This document shows, one piece after another, positions 13,310-26,800 of a stretch of DNA of 61,135 bases (positions are counted from its first letter, which is position 1; each line of letters starts with the position of its first letter). A program made the translations under genes and the position numbers. The notes beneath the pieces are model-generated. The model did not search any database, was not told where the DNA came from, and saw nothing but the letters and a program-made list of their open reading frames with translations. The DNA comes from Catajapyx aquilonaris (Eukaryota), in NCBI GenBank assembly GCA_000934665.2, contig JYFJ02002242.1, positions 1 to 61,135 of the forward strand, in the 5' to 3' direction.

Positions 13310-14140
13310 CTTTACAGTCCAACCTGAAAAAGACACCAGAAAACATCAGTAACCTTCCTCATGATGACAGGTACAGAGAGTCCAGATAGAAAAGCTTCGG
13401 AACATCAAATTCATGGCTGTGCATTACGATTTATGATAAAAATGGTCTTGACATCAGCCGAGAACACAAGTACACATGAGTGGGAGCTTCATGCTTGCCT
13501 TTGAGGATGGTGCATTACGGAGTGGCTGATTTCAAATTGCAGTTCAGTTGTTGCTGTACAGGCTTCAGCATTTTTGGACATTCATCACAAGGATGATCCA
13601 TCTGTACACTCCAGATGTTATGGAGGATGGTGTGTCCCAAACCACTCTCTAGTGTCACAGGTCATGCCATGGTAAAGTATCCCATGAACTTCAGGCAAAG
13701 TGAGCATCATCAATGCAGGTGGTTGGAGTGCCTGCGTCTGGCGATTGGGTTCCACTTGCATGAGCTCTCTTTAAAAATTCTGACCACATTTACGCATCAA
13801 AGGCAGACAGAACCTCCCACACACTTCTCTCAATTCAGATGTGTTCCAGGATCAATTTAATTGATGCAAGTAATAATTTTTAGTGGGAATTGCGCTGAAC
13901 CACTTCAGACGCAAAAGTGAAACCAGTTTTCCCTAACCTGGTCTCACAACTGCAAAAATTGGCCATGACCTACCATTGCCATAAAAAATTAAAATCAAAA
14001 CTCTTACACTTTCCAAGTTTCTCATGGGACCATTTCAAGGTTCAATAAATTGCAGACCTACTAATTTCCATCCTGACTTGTGCAACTAATAAAACTTGTA
14101 GTAAAAAAGAGGAGTTTCAATTTGGCTTCTGACGTTAGAA

Positions 14141-15084
14141 CGAGGGCCCTACTAAAATGATTTACAATTTATTTTTTTTGGCCACAAATACAGTGCCTGT
14201 ACAGGTCAGCAGATATTCACACAATTTCGAGAGACTTCTCCTGGAGCCAAATACACAGGAGTCATGGGTGTGGAACCTCTCCGTGCCCTCCAGGAACAAC
14301 TTTTTGGAGGTCCAGCGCATCCCTTCCCGGACAACTGCTTACAGCCAACAAAGTCCTCGGCATGGCATCGGCGAAGGGGTTTTTTCATGTCTCTTAACAG
14401 GTGAAAGTCACTGGGTGCCATTATCAGGTGAGTACGGCGGGTGTGGAAGTACTCACACCCAGATCCATAAAAAAAAAACTTCGCCGACGCCATTTAGAGG
14501 ACACTGTTGCCAGTTGTTGATTGTGCACAGTTGTCCAGTAGTGGAGTCGTCGCACCTCCAAAAAGTGGTTCCTGGAGGGCCTAGAGAGGTTGACACACCT
14601 GTGGTGGTAGTGCATTTGGCTCCAGGAGGATTCTATCTATAATGTGTGACTATCTGCCGACCCAGGCGCGGATCCAGGGGGGGGGCAATCGGGCAATTGC
14701 CCCCCCCTGAGCTCCCCCGGAAGAAAAAAAACGGAAAAAAATAGAAAAAAACCGGTGGGGAAACTCGCAAAAACCCTCTAGAACAGGGCAAAATTGCACT
14801 GTTCTATGGGTTCTTTTCCGTTTTGCGGTCGCGACCCCAAATTTGGGGTCGCGAGGAATGGTTGTGACCTTGAACTTGAAAAAATTTTCGCCTGCGGCGG
14901 GCCCTGCACCCCCACCCCCAAGATAAATTTCTGCATGCACCACTAACAGCATACCCCCCCCCCCCACCTATACCCTTGTGCCCCCCCCCTGAAAACATTT
15001 CTGGATCCGCGCCTGTGCCGACCTGTACGAGCACTGTATTTGTGGCAAAAAAATCAATTGTAAATCATTTTAGTACGGCCCCCG
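14141..15084 (-). mobile_element. Degenerate mariner element
   Basis: TIRs CGAGGGCCCTACTAAAATGATTTACAATT / AATTGTAAATCATTTTAGTACGGCCCCCG. Frameshifted transposase remnant with HPPYSPD and APSDFHLLRDMKKPL motifs. Confidence 0.85.
14663..15015. mobile_element. hAT-type MITE nested in the mariner remnant
   Basis: Perfect 15-bp TIR CAGGCGCGGATCCAG / CTGGATCCGCGCCTG and perfect 8-bp TSD TGCCGACC (14655-14662, 15016-15023). Confidence 0.9.
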
Positions 15085-16195
15085 TAGCTACGATTTTCAC
15101 AGCAACAAAATCCATCCTGAAACAGGTCCTTTCTTGGTAAGTATCAGAACAATAGTATTTTAGCCTTGCAATATCAGACATGTCAAATTCACTCTTGTGC
15201 AGTACACGTAATGATATCAGTTGGCTGCTTGCCAAATTTCCGTCTCGCAGCGATAACTCCGAACATGATACATCTTAGAAGAAGATTAAGCCTGGCCCCT
15301 CATGCAACTCAGTCACTGATGCATCAAAACCAAGCCATAAAAAGTACTGTACAAGATATGTAATTACATCCTGCACCTAAAATCAGGTTGGAAAAGGAGC
15401 CACAGTAGTTTCCTCTTTACACACTGACCAGTGCATAAAAATCTCAGTTTGTAAGGGATACACTATTTGCAGTTTTCAGCAGTTTAATCCAGGCATACCT
15501 TGTAAATGCGGCTGTTAGGGTCTACGTTCTAGATTACTGCCACAAAAGGAATTTCTTGTTAAGTAAATCAAAAGCTTTCTGCACTTGTTAGTGCATATGC
15601 CATAACGTGCGTACGATACAAATTAGAAAATAATAAAAATTCAAATAATTGAAAGCAACGTATTAGTGAAGTGACAAAACAATGAGAAATGCCTGTATGG
15701 CACTGAAAGCACAGGCTCCTCCAGTAATTTTTTTACGGCAGTAATGAATAATGATGCCAATTATTATTTTTTGTATGATGCTACGAAAACGTAACCTTTC
15801 TGACCTTGCTTGCACACTATTTGTTGTTCTCAATATCTCTTCAGATGGAGTACTGTACTGCAATGTCACAATCACTCTCATTAAATGAATGCTGTTTAGT
15901 GAACAATGTGAGAAGTTCTGCAAAACTAAACATCACCTGTCATTACCATAAAAATTGAAATAAAAACACAATTAATCCACTACCTATGGCAAAAAATTAG
16001 AAAAATGGCTATGACTTTCAAAGCATTTTCACATCTCATGGCATGTTTCACATTTTCACCAATTACTATTAGAAACAACCCCTGCTAAAAATTATCATGT
16101 TTCACAGCAATCCCAATTTACTGTGTGTCGACACTCTTAAGATATTCTTCCAATCTGGAGCTGTAATGCTACCCTCAGTAATACACACACACACT

Positions 16196-16416
16196 AAGGC
16201 GCACATTCCTATCCTTGTGAGGTTTTTCCAAAATTTAAAATTTAAAACTAACCTAACCTACCAGGAAACACGCGGAATTTTGGTGAAATATATTTTTACT
16301 GTCTTTATGAGGTATTTTTCGATTATTCCCTATCCTTGTGAGGCGTGTGTTCACTGAGGTACAGGAAAACTACCTCGTAATGACAAAATTCCTCACAAGG
16401 ATAGCAATGCGCGTCC
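16196..16416. mobile_element. MITE
   Basis: Inverted termini GGCGCACATTCCTATCCTTGTGAGG / CCTCACAAGGATAGCAATGCGCGTCC. Confidence 0.55.
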
Positions 16417-18055
16417 ACAATCAATCACAGCATTTCCCCAAAATGGGGTTGCCAGCTATGACCAGACTCTACATTCACCTGGTCATCTCGTACAACTATG
16501 ACAATGGATCCTCCTCAGGCCATGTAGAGGATATAATGGATAGGATGATGATGAAGAAATGGATGACATGAACATATACACACACTCAAAACATTCACCC
16601 AATGTACACATGTAAACACATGTGTACCCTCAGTAATAATAACTCTTATGAGTCATTTGGTACACTAGGATTTCCTGATTGCCACTATGGATATTTTCTG
16701 TCACAGTCAACCTAAATTCCATGGAGCGGCAAAAGGCGTAAACAGTGCCAGCAACAGAACCATATTCCAGAAGTACATTCTCAAAATGCTGCGAGATGGA
16801 ATCATCATGAGATAACAGAAAAATCCATTCACAATATATTAGGAAACTGAAAAATAGGCCTACCAGTTATTACAGAGTACATTGTTAAACTCAGCGGCTG
16901 CGGCAGCAAAACAAAAGAGTAACGATAAAATAACAATATTACTTATTGTTATTTTAGTTTAACAACTGAGTTTAACAACCGCTGAGTTTAACAACGTACT
17001 CATAGTGTAACGCTGCAGTTAAGAGTTCAAACAGGTGGTAATAGGTGTGGGAGGGGTAGAATTTCCACATTCGACCTTTACAGAATGTTTATCATGACAA
17101 CCCCTTGTACTGTACAGTATGCAACACCAACTAAACATTCTTATGCAGTGTGGCTGCTGTTCATGTATCAGTTCTTTTCACTGTATTCTAGTCTGCCAAA
17201 AGTCATGTCTTACTGGCTAGCACTTCAGAAATATGTCAGACTCTTAAAGGAATTTAATGGCTGTCTGATAATGTCACAATCCATGAAGAAGCATCAAGCA
17301 TGGCAAATGCACTAGGAACATTAATTCATGAAAATGACCTTATATACTGCCAATCAGCTGATGGCTAAATTACATGGCTGCAAGTTACACACAGCACTGA
17401 CAGCAGGTGTATTCACCTCTCTTCCCTTCTTGAAGGATGCACAATTTCAACTCAAACTGCTACTTGTAGCGACTTCTACCCCCAGATTACTGCAGAATGT
17501 GGAGACAGAAGGTCCCACTACAATCAGTTGTCGAATAAGTTGCCAGGTGATTATTAATTTTTCATATTTTTCATACTGGTACTTCGTCTCAAACATATCT
17601 GGGATACAGCAGAAATTGTTTCATTATACTGTGCAACTTTCTGTTAGTGAATCAAAATCTGTTGAGAGGAAGGGAAAACAAAAATTTCTGCATCGTAGAG
17701 TAACAACAGCATTATGTTGACCAATAAAAGGTGGGCAGTACCAAACTCTGCAGATATCCACGGGGTGGAGTCATCTTTTCTTCCTAACTGGTCGTAACCA
17801 TCTAAGGTTACCTTACCTTCGGTAACTAAGGTTGCGACGAAAATTTGACTTGCGGGATTTGATGAATCCACCTCCAAATTATGCTTGTTATTAATTGTTG
17901 TGGTTCGTTTTCATCAGCAATTTATTACAAGTGTAATCAGCTTCAATTTGTTTTACTATGTTTCGTACTCCCTGCCCTTATATTAGTTCCATGTGACTTT
18001 GGGTCGGTTTTTCATCCCACTGCTACAGTCAACTGACATTCAAGTATGTACTTAA

Positions 18056-18696
18056 CCCTCCGATGGTGACGTGGGCATTTTTTGTGACTAAGGCCACTAG
18101 TTTTGCCATAACATTGAAAATATGGCACTTCGGACATCTTCGTTTGATTCCTTGCGCATTTAATGGCGCTTATTTGAAATTTTTTGAGCAAATTGCATGA
18201 CCAGGAAAAGATAAATTATGCACCTATGCATATGGTTGGGGCCAAGAGGGCCAAGACTGCATTCCAAGAATAACTCACAGCTGGCTTACTGTGGGGGACC
18301 TGAGCTTATCTGTAGTGATTCATGAACACATGGAAAAACAAAGTTATTGTAAAATGTAGCCAGCCTTCCCACAACTTCAAAAATTAGGGGAACTACCCCC
18401 TAAAGTCTCGAACTGATAGTGGGCTCTCAAATGGAAACAGATTCCGGCACAGGAGCCGTGGGCCCAATTTTGCCTCAACTACGCATATGTGCACAATTAA
18501 TTTTTAAATGATTGTATTGTTTGCTCCAAAAATGCAAACTAAATGCCATTTATCGCAGAATGAATCAAGCCATATACTGTCTCAAAGATAAAGCCCAAAT
18601 GTGCTATATATCCCACGTTATAACCGAAAATGTGATGTCACAAAAAGTGCCCACGTCACCGGAGGAGGAACTTTTCGTAAGTCACCGGTCGTAGGG
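18056..18696. mobile_element. Non-autonomous piggyBac-like element
   Basis: TTAA|CCCT...GGTGAC ... GTCACC...AGGG|TTAA: TTAA TSD, CCC/GGG termini and subterminal inverted repeats (GGTGACGTGGGCA / TGCCCACGTCACC). Confidence 0.8.
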
Positions 18697-19115
18697 TTAA
18701 TGGATTCTTCCACTTTTCAGAGTTTCATGGGGATGCCCTCATGCAACAAGAGTTAACTATACAGTATCAACGAAAGAGCACAGTTTACTAAACTTTTGTT
18801 GCATGATAGTATCACCATGAAAATTTAATAGAAGAGTGGGAGGTTCCAGAAGTGCATTCTCAGGTGTCCATTGACTACGGCTGCGTCTTAGCAATAGGAT
18901 GAAACACTTAGTTTACATCAAACATGTCACTGTGAAAGTGCAAGCCTCTCTTTAGCATAATTCTAAAGTAATTGATACTAAAGCAGGTTTTAGAGAGCTG
19001 GCTTCCAAGTTCTGAGATTTTCATTTGGTTTGGGCATCATTCACAAGGGTTGCTCAAGTAACAAGGAAGCCAAATGAATTCCTGCACAGCTCAAAATAAT
19101 ATCACACTGCTTGTC

Positions 19116-19307
19116 TACACTGTAAACCGCAAAAAATTAAATGAGCATCACTGGTGAGTCTCTCATGGAACATCAATTTTTAATGCCCTTGTGATGCTCC
19201 ATTGATGTTTATTAATTGCTAAAAAGCATTAGAAGAGCATTAAAAATTGATGTTACACGAGAGACTCACCAGTGAGGCTCTTTTAATGTTTTGCGGTTTA
19301 TGGTGTA
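19116..19307. mobile_element. Palindromic MITE with TA flanks
   Basis: TACACTGTAAACCGCAAAA...CACTGGTGAGTCTCTC pairs with GAGAGACTCACCAGTG...TTTTGCGGTTTATGGTGTA. Confidence 0.7.
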
Positions 19308-19572
19308 GTTAGGTTCCCAGTGACCTGCAGCACGTAAATTGGTGATTTGAGGACAGAACTTTAAAGACACATTTTCCCATCTTCAATTTTCAAAAAAAAA
19401 CTGGTTAGTTCTGAATTTACCTTGCAACTAGAATGCCCCACACACACCTGTAAGTCCTGTTGGTGCCCTGAGGGGAAAATGAAAGTGACCTGACCTAACA
19501 TAACTTATTCAGAGAGGCTAATATTAGGAGTAACCCAGGACGCATATTTCTATTCAATAAGTTACGCCTTCA

Positions 19573-19831
19573 GTAATTCGACGTCCCAGTGCAACACTAT
19601 CGTAAGTCACAACTATGTAAAATGAAGGTTACAATGGTTTTGTTATTGCATATACGCAGTGGTTCTGGGGGAAAATATATCGGAACCATCGGAGCATACT
19701 CTTAAAATGTTTTAATGTACAAGTTTGTGTTCCTGTCTTATTAAGAGTCTTATTAAGCGTATATTCAATCACAAAACCATTGTAGCCTTCATTTTACATT
19801 GTTGTGGCTTGCACTGGGACATCAAAATTAC
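19573..19831. repeat. Inverted-repeat (MITE-like) element
   Basis: GTCCCAGTGCAA..ATGTAAAATGAAGGTTACAATGGTTTTG pairs with CAAAACCATTGTAGCCTTCATTTTACAT..TTGCACTGGGAC. Confidence 0.6.
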
Positions 19832-20635
19832 TTATAGAATATTCCAATAGCAACTTCCGTAATCATTCAGCACACATCATATCCGCAATCATTTTCCACC
19901 CAATCCATACACAAACCTGTCAACCCACCAAGCAAGCACTCCTCCACCTTCCACTGACCAGCACACACTGACCCATGCAACACAATGGTGCAACATAACC
20001 TTCCACACTTACATAACCCTTGACGAGCAACAGTACAAACACCTGTTTATGCCACTGTGGTGAAACCTGTGACCTTGTTTTGTCGCTAATTATGTCCCTA
20101 GTCCATTTACTATGGGAGACCCTAAATGTGACTAGTAGAGAGTCGGAACTGACCTGAAGTGTGAAGACGCTTCAGCAGTGAGTCACTTGTTGTTGTCCTT
20201 CGGTTCTGAAGCCAGCTCGGATGCAAATGGTGGTGGACACCCCAATGGAACAATTAACTAATTAAGGGTGAGATCTACAGTTGGGACGCACTGCAGGGTG
20301 GGTGGCGGGTTAAGTGAGGGAGGGGGGTCCCCCGAAGTGGGTGGGCGAGGGAACCACAGCCCAACCTGAACTATTCTATCACTAGGACTGCAGTACCGAA
20401 CAACTGGGCAGCAAACGGGCGTAGAACAATGCCTGCCACCTACACCATCCATGGAGAATCTTTCGTGGGCGCGTTCATACACTTGCCTCTGTGCAATCCA
20501 GCTTGCTCGTTGCTGCGTAATTGTGGCTGTACGCGGGTATACCGTGATGATTCAACAATGGTGTTTTGGATAGCCGGTAATGCACTGAGGCGCAACAATG
20601 GCTGGTTGTGGTATATGCAAAAATAGATGGATTAA

Positions 20636-20693
20636 TGACGTCATAGCATGTTCTAATCATGTTCTGAACGCACCGCTGATCAGTGTGACGTCA
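20636..20693. promoter_or_regulatory. Two CRE palindromes in the putative Topors/SPAG1 bidirectional promoter
   Basis: TGACGTCA at 20636-20643 and 20686-20693, in a CpG-rich stretch between the probable Topors 5'UTR exon (-) and the SPAG1 ATG (+). Confidence 0.55.
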
Positions 20694-20829
20694 TTGCGAC
20701 AGTTTATGAACGCGCCCGCCGTAGTAACCGCCTGCGCTTGTTGACAAAGAGTGTCGCGGTATCGACAAAACAAGTTCTTGACCGTTCTTGACCTCTCGTG
20801 GTCCTGCCAGGGAGCCCCGCATTCGGACG

Positions 20830-23800
20830 ATGAGTGCGTCGGGTTCAGGGTCCACGGGAAAGGGCAGGGGGAGCGAGGATGCGGGTACGGCCACCGGACG
20901 GAAGAAAAAGTCATTGCTGCAGCTCTACGACATTCCAATCGAACACTTGGACTTCGAGTACGTCAAGGCTTGCAACAATGTCAAGGAACTGGAGAGGATC
21001 GTCAAGATACTCAGGTTTACTGTGGGAAGGGATGGGGAGTGACATATAAAGGTCTTAATGCGATACTCATATTGCAGGTCTGGAGAGGAAGGCCGCTACC
21101 CTGTTCTAGAATCCACTGCAGAGGAGCGTCTGAAGGTGATAGCACCAAAGAGCGTTGTCTTAAAGAAGATTGTACCGTCCAAAAAGTTGGCTGATCTGGA
21201 CGAGAAGACTTGGCAGGAAACTCAGGAGGTATTATGCAGCTGGCAGAAAAAGACAAAGATTGTTGAAGAAAAGGTGAACAAAGAGAATAGTCAACAAAAC
21301 AAGGACATTGGACCCTCTGAGGAAGTGTTCCCCGTGAGGAAGTCCTGGAGAATCAACCTTGAGCAAAATCCACCCAAGGTTAGGGGTCATCCATAAAGTT
21401 TGTGTCGCTAGGTAGGGTTGGCCAGCTGTGACGTAACAGTCACAATAACCCGGCGGTACTTCAACATTTAGCGGCTATTTTACGTTTAATTAATGCACTT
21501 GATAAAAATATCACTGCAGAGGCTTCCTGAGTATGACAATCTCCCTTTACATGCACATCATGATGATGATCCAATTTGTTCCAGATTAAAGCAGCATTTT
21601 TAAAATTCAGCTTTACTAGAATTTTTATGCTTCTGTTTCTCTCTTTAACCAAAACTGATGCCGTATTTGGAATCGAGGTTTTGCCAATGTACTGAACCTT
21701 TTTTTAAAAACATCACGGGGTAATGGGAGTTGAAGGAACTAATACAGAGCTAGTTCAACGCAGCATGCCTTCAAAGCAGCCAAACGAATAGGAGTCAATG
21801 GGATGTTGATTACATATACACACTATTTCTGCTGCTGTTTTGGTAACACAAATTCAGCGAATTCCAAAATGTGCCAAATATTGCACAGGGAAGACTTGCT
21901 ACAAGTCAAAGGAATTTAAGGTCACGGCATCTCTCTTATAATGGCTACCTTGACCATTTCTGATAAGGTTAGCAATGTTGTTTTAGCACAAAAATGATGC
22001 ATCCCACCCACCCACACACACACACACACTTTGTTGCCATTCCAGATTTAGTCCTGATTCCAATTGTGGGCTGTCAGTTTTGTGACTTTAGTACATAAAT
22101 CCTTGTTTTATGGGAAAAAGAGGAATCGGAGGAGTTATGTAACCCTTCAACATGCTTTATGGAGGGCAAATCTGGCTGTGCTTGACATGGGAGTAAGAAG
22201 GGCTCAAAAATGTTTAACGGGAGAATAATTTACTGTATGGGGAACTTCCTGGGAATGTTATTCATGGTGGGAAATGTAAGTTCTCAAGTACGTTTTTACT
22301 TTTAGGGTCATCCATAAAATATGACATTTTTACTGTTTTCAAGTAGCATCGCTCCTTCATCATGCATTAACGAACCTGTATGCAATTCATACACAAAAGT
22401 ACTAAAGAAATCTTTCCTCGCTGTAGGGGGTGTCTATTATTATTAGATTGCTCATTTGCTATTTTATTTATTTTTGCATCTTCCAACTCAGACAGTGCCA
22501 TGATGGGGGCAGAGTAAGCTGGTGTAGTTAACACTGCTGGCAGACTGAGAACAGGGGGGCCTTAATGCTCTTCTTTATATCATTCACAGTAGCCATTGCC
22601 ACAATTGTGAGCTCCCTATGTTTTTGCATGCATTTCTCATACCAGAAACTTATACTGCACTGTTGTAGTGCAAGCTTTTGTGCTGAAAACAAAATGAAGT
22701 ACACATACATTGGTGGCCTGCCTCACCCATCTTCCTGCCTAGACAATTTATGGATGACCCCTGCATATAGGGTTGTTTGACAAGGAAGGACCAATTCTTA
22801 CAGACATGCTGTTTGTCTTCAGTGGGCAAAAAAATATTAGGATAATAGCAGTTGTTGAAAGTGACGCCATTCTTGTCCTGCAGTAGTGGAGCCTCTTATT
22901 GGCTGGAGAGAGATATATTGCACTATCCAGAGTTGCCCTCCATATCTGGGTCAAAATTCAAACGTATAGCACTATTTCTGTACCCCGCATTCAAGCACAA
23001 GAGCCAAGGTTGATCAGCCTTCTTATTTTGTTTGCAAACCCTCACCAAACCAAATGCCAATAAAACCCTCATGAAGGCACAGTATTGTTGCATCATGCAT
23101 TTGACAGAAGTAACGTGGACCAGTATACATGATATGACAACCCTGCACCAACCATTGAATGCAATATAATAAAATCAATTTTGGCCATCAAAAATGTGTT
23201 CAAATGTGCCCCATGCATTTTCGTGAAAATAAAAACGTTTTTGATCTGAAAACACCAGAAGTGTGAGAAGACATGGCAGGAGGATTAGTCAATTGGATGT
23301 TTCGTGAGTGTCTTGAAGCAATGAAGAATGTGCTACATGTCCACTCATGTCACATTCCATAAGTTAATTGCAATGTTAGGCAGATATGATGTGGTTTTTC
23401 CACTGAACCTCCTAAGCATTTGTGGGCCTCATCTCTGACTACATTGGATGGACCAAAAATAGTTTTACCTGTGCCCCTTCCCTAATTTCCCTTGCATGAA
23501 ATATTATTTTGTGATATGAGTTATTTATTTCGTGAGCACTGCAATCTGCTAACTAAATTCAATTAATTTCATTCATTTTTTGTTACTAACGGTTGCACTA
23601 CCCCCAGAACTACCCTTGGCAGAAAAGTTTGTTATTTTTTGTTGTCAACAATTAATTAATAACATACTTTTCTGGCTCTTTTCCAGCCAGGAAGTATTTT
23701 CTGCAGGTGGTGCAACTGGACCTTAAATCATATTTAAAATAATGTCAAGAAATGTATTGCATGTGCATGCATAAAGAAGTGATATTACAAAGAATTTTCT

Positions 23801-26800
23801 CTGCTCTTGCAGCCGCAGCAGCTGAAAGAACCACGTAAAAAAGCGATAGCTTCGTGTGACTATGATGCATGGGAAAAGTACGATGCAGACGTGGATGTCC
23901 TCAAGATGGACATGGAGGAAGAGAAGGAGAAGGAGCAGAAGAAGCAGAAAAAAATGATCGAAGAAGAGAAAAGAGCTGCAGAATTGGCCAAAAAAACCGA
24001 AAACATGAAGAAAGCTGTGGAGTCTCTTGAACTGACCCCAGCAGAGGCTGAGAGGGTATCAAATGATGCCAAGGAAGATGGAAACCACTACTTCCGCCAG
24101 CAGGATTGGGCCAAGGCTCACGAGCTCTACTCTCGTAGCATATATCTTTGTCCGTCTGTTCCTGCTTACAACAACCGTGCCATCACAAGTAAGTTGCAAG
24201 CTGCCATCAACCGGACATAATCAGTTTCACCTATCTTACAAGACACGAGGGCAAATCAATAAGTACTGCCATTTTAATACATGCACATTTATTTTCACTA
24301 CTTTTCAACTTGAGAGAGAGCCACATGAAGGCACACGTGTTAATTTTTTCTGAGGTGTCACCAAAGACATTGGTGCCCTTTTTCCATCAGAGCACAAGTT
24401 TTAAAAAATTGACCCTGTTATGGATTGCAAGCCATTGTGGCACTTGTCCTGTCTTCCAGGGGTAACTTTCCAACATGGAGAAACCTGGCTTTTGGCTGGT
24501 AGATTTTGTAACACTCTAATTGTGAGCTTGCACCCAGTGACTTTTCCATCTTGTGATTTTTTTAAAAAATCTGTAGCCGGAAAGTCATCCAGGGTCGAGG
24601 GTCTATGCACAGGGAACACCCTCCCACAATGAAACAATTTGTCCTTCAGTGAAACCCGTGCAAGTCGAAAAGTGTAGAGATGTGGCTGTGGCAGGTAAAG
24701 GTTAGTCATTATTATAAACTTGCCTCATTTTAAATAATTTCTCATTAAATTTCTGTCAGTTGATGCCAATATGAAGATACAATTCAGCGTAGGAGTTTCA
24801 GTGAGATATTCTGCTTGGGCAGAACATTCTTTCTGAATGGCTCTCAAAGTGCAGTCTGCAGCCCACTAGTGGGTGGAAAGGTCTCTCCAAGATCTGCACA
24901 TTCCCCATTGCCCCCACATTGCCCACCTTAACTTGACTCAACATCAGTTCCTCAAAAATCATATCCATTTGTCTGCACATGATACAGATTATTTATATTC
25001 CATACAACATTCTTAATTTTTGGTGTTAATCACGCATTGTAATGATGCTTCCAGACTTGAAGTTATGCCACTGGAGGGAGGCGAAGAAAGACTGTGACTG
25101 GGTTTTGGCAAGGGAGGAAACTAATGTCAAGGCCCTTCTTCGGCGGTCGACTGCATACCAAGAGATGGGAGACTTGGAGTGTGCACGGTCGGACTTGATG
25201 AGGGCAACTGAGTTGGAACCAAGAAACTCGGAGACCCGCAACAGACTGAAGTCCCTCCAGAAGGACCCAAGCATTTCAAGAAACAGGTGGGTTTACTTGT
25301 GCAGTGTAGCCCTTCATGCGAAATTTGGAGATCAAAGTCAAGAGATATTTTTTGTTGGATGTCTTGTTTAGAGAAAACAAATGCCGACACTGGTAAAAGC
25401 CTAGCTTTTTGATCATTTTTTGGCATTGTGGACTTGTGCGCTTTAAAATAATGTAAGTAACTTACAATGAAAAGGCTTACAAACCTTGAAACATTATGGA
25501 GGATATTTCGAGATTTGACAGATGATCTTTTCCCCCTACAATGTCAGCTCAGCATACACACCATCTGTACCATTTGTTTACTTTTGATATTTTTCTTGCA
25601 GTCCCTTCAAGATGCAGATAGAAGACATTCCTGGAGAGAAAATTGCTGATCTGCCAAAGGAGGCGTTGGGAATGGAAGGGAAAAGTGCAGCTGCAGAACA
25701 TCCCAAGATTATCGAGGTAGTGGAAGAGACATTCATTGATGCAGCTGCATCACATCCCAAGATTATCGAGGTAGTGGAAGACACATTCATTGATGCAGCT
25801 GCATCACATCCCAAGATTATCGAATTAGTGGAAGAGACATTCATTGATGCAGCTGAAGAAGCAAAAACAGGAGAAGCACAAGCAAATAGTGGAGACTCAG
25901 CAGAAGGGGAGAACAGGAGCATAGATGCTGCTCAAGAAGAAAACAACATCAACAACAACAACGGAGATGGTGAAACAGAGTGTATTTGCACTCCTCCAAT
26001 GGCCCCAGCTCTACCTTGCAGCCCAATGAGTCCCAGCAGCCCCACTGAGCGACATCCTTCCAGTAGTAGTAGCTCTTCTTCATACTTGTCATCCGTGTCA
26101 TCCTCGCCAATCCTTGAAGTACCCTCCTCTCCCCCACCTCCACTCCAAGAGTCAGCCTCCCGTCGCACCCCACTTCTCATGACAACTGAGCAAAGCACAG
26201 CTACCCCACGTATATCTGACACAGCTCCACGCAAGCACAAGATAGAGGTGGGCTCCAAGTACCGCCCTGGGACTAAATGCACCAGAGAGAGGTACAGTAC
26301 AGATAGCGGAGAGGACAAGAAAAGGGCACCTCCACTGGAGACACCCTTTGAATTCATGCGAGAATGGCAGCAAGCAAGGCAGCCAGAACAATGTGCTGGT
26401 ATTCTCAGAAGGATACCATTTCATCTGCTAAAAGCTGGTTAGTTGTGTCAACTACATGTTGTACTGCACATTGGCCAGCAGAAATATCATTCCAGATCTG
26501 AACCTTGTATTTTTATGCATGTAAATCCTGAAAACACACATGGTAAAAAGTATATACAGTTGCAAATTAGATTGTGGAGAGTGATGTTCCACTTACCAGA
26601 GGATACTTTCACGGAAAAGATATTTCTGCTGTACAAGAAATGTGGCATTCCACGGAGTGTACCTTGAAATTCGGTTTTTCTCTATTAGTACTTGGGAGTA
26701 AGGTGGATGACACTATGCTGAGCAAGATCATACACAGTACTAGAAGTTGCCTCCTGAACAATGAAGAAGATAGAAAGATAGCGGAGAACCTGATGAAGAC

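Noticed and set aside
17644..17877. 77-aa minus-strand ORF in the Topors 5' intron
   Set aside because: Non-ATG start, no clear splice partners and no recognisable domain.
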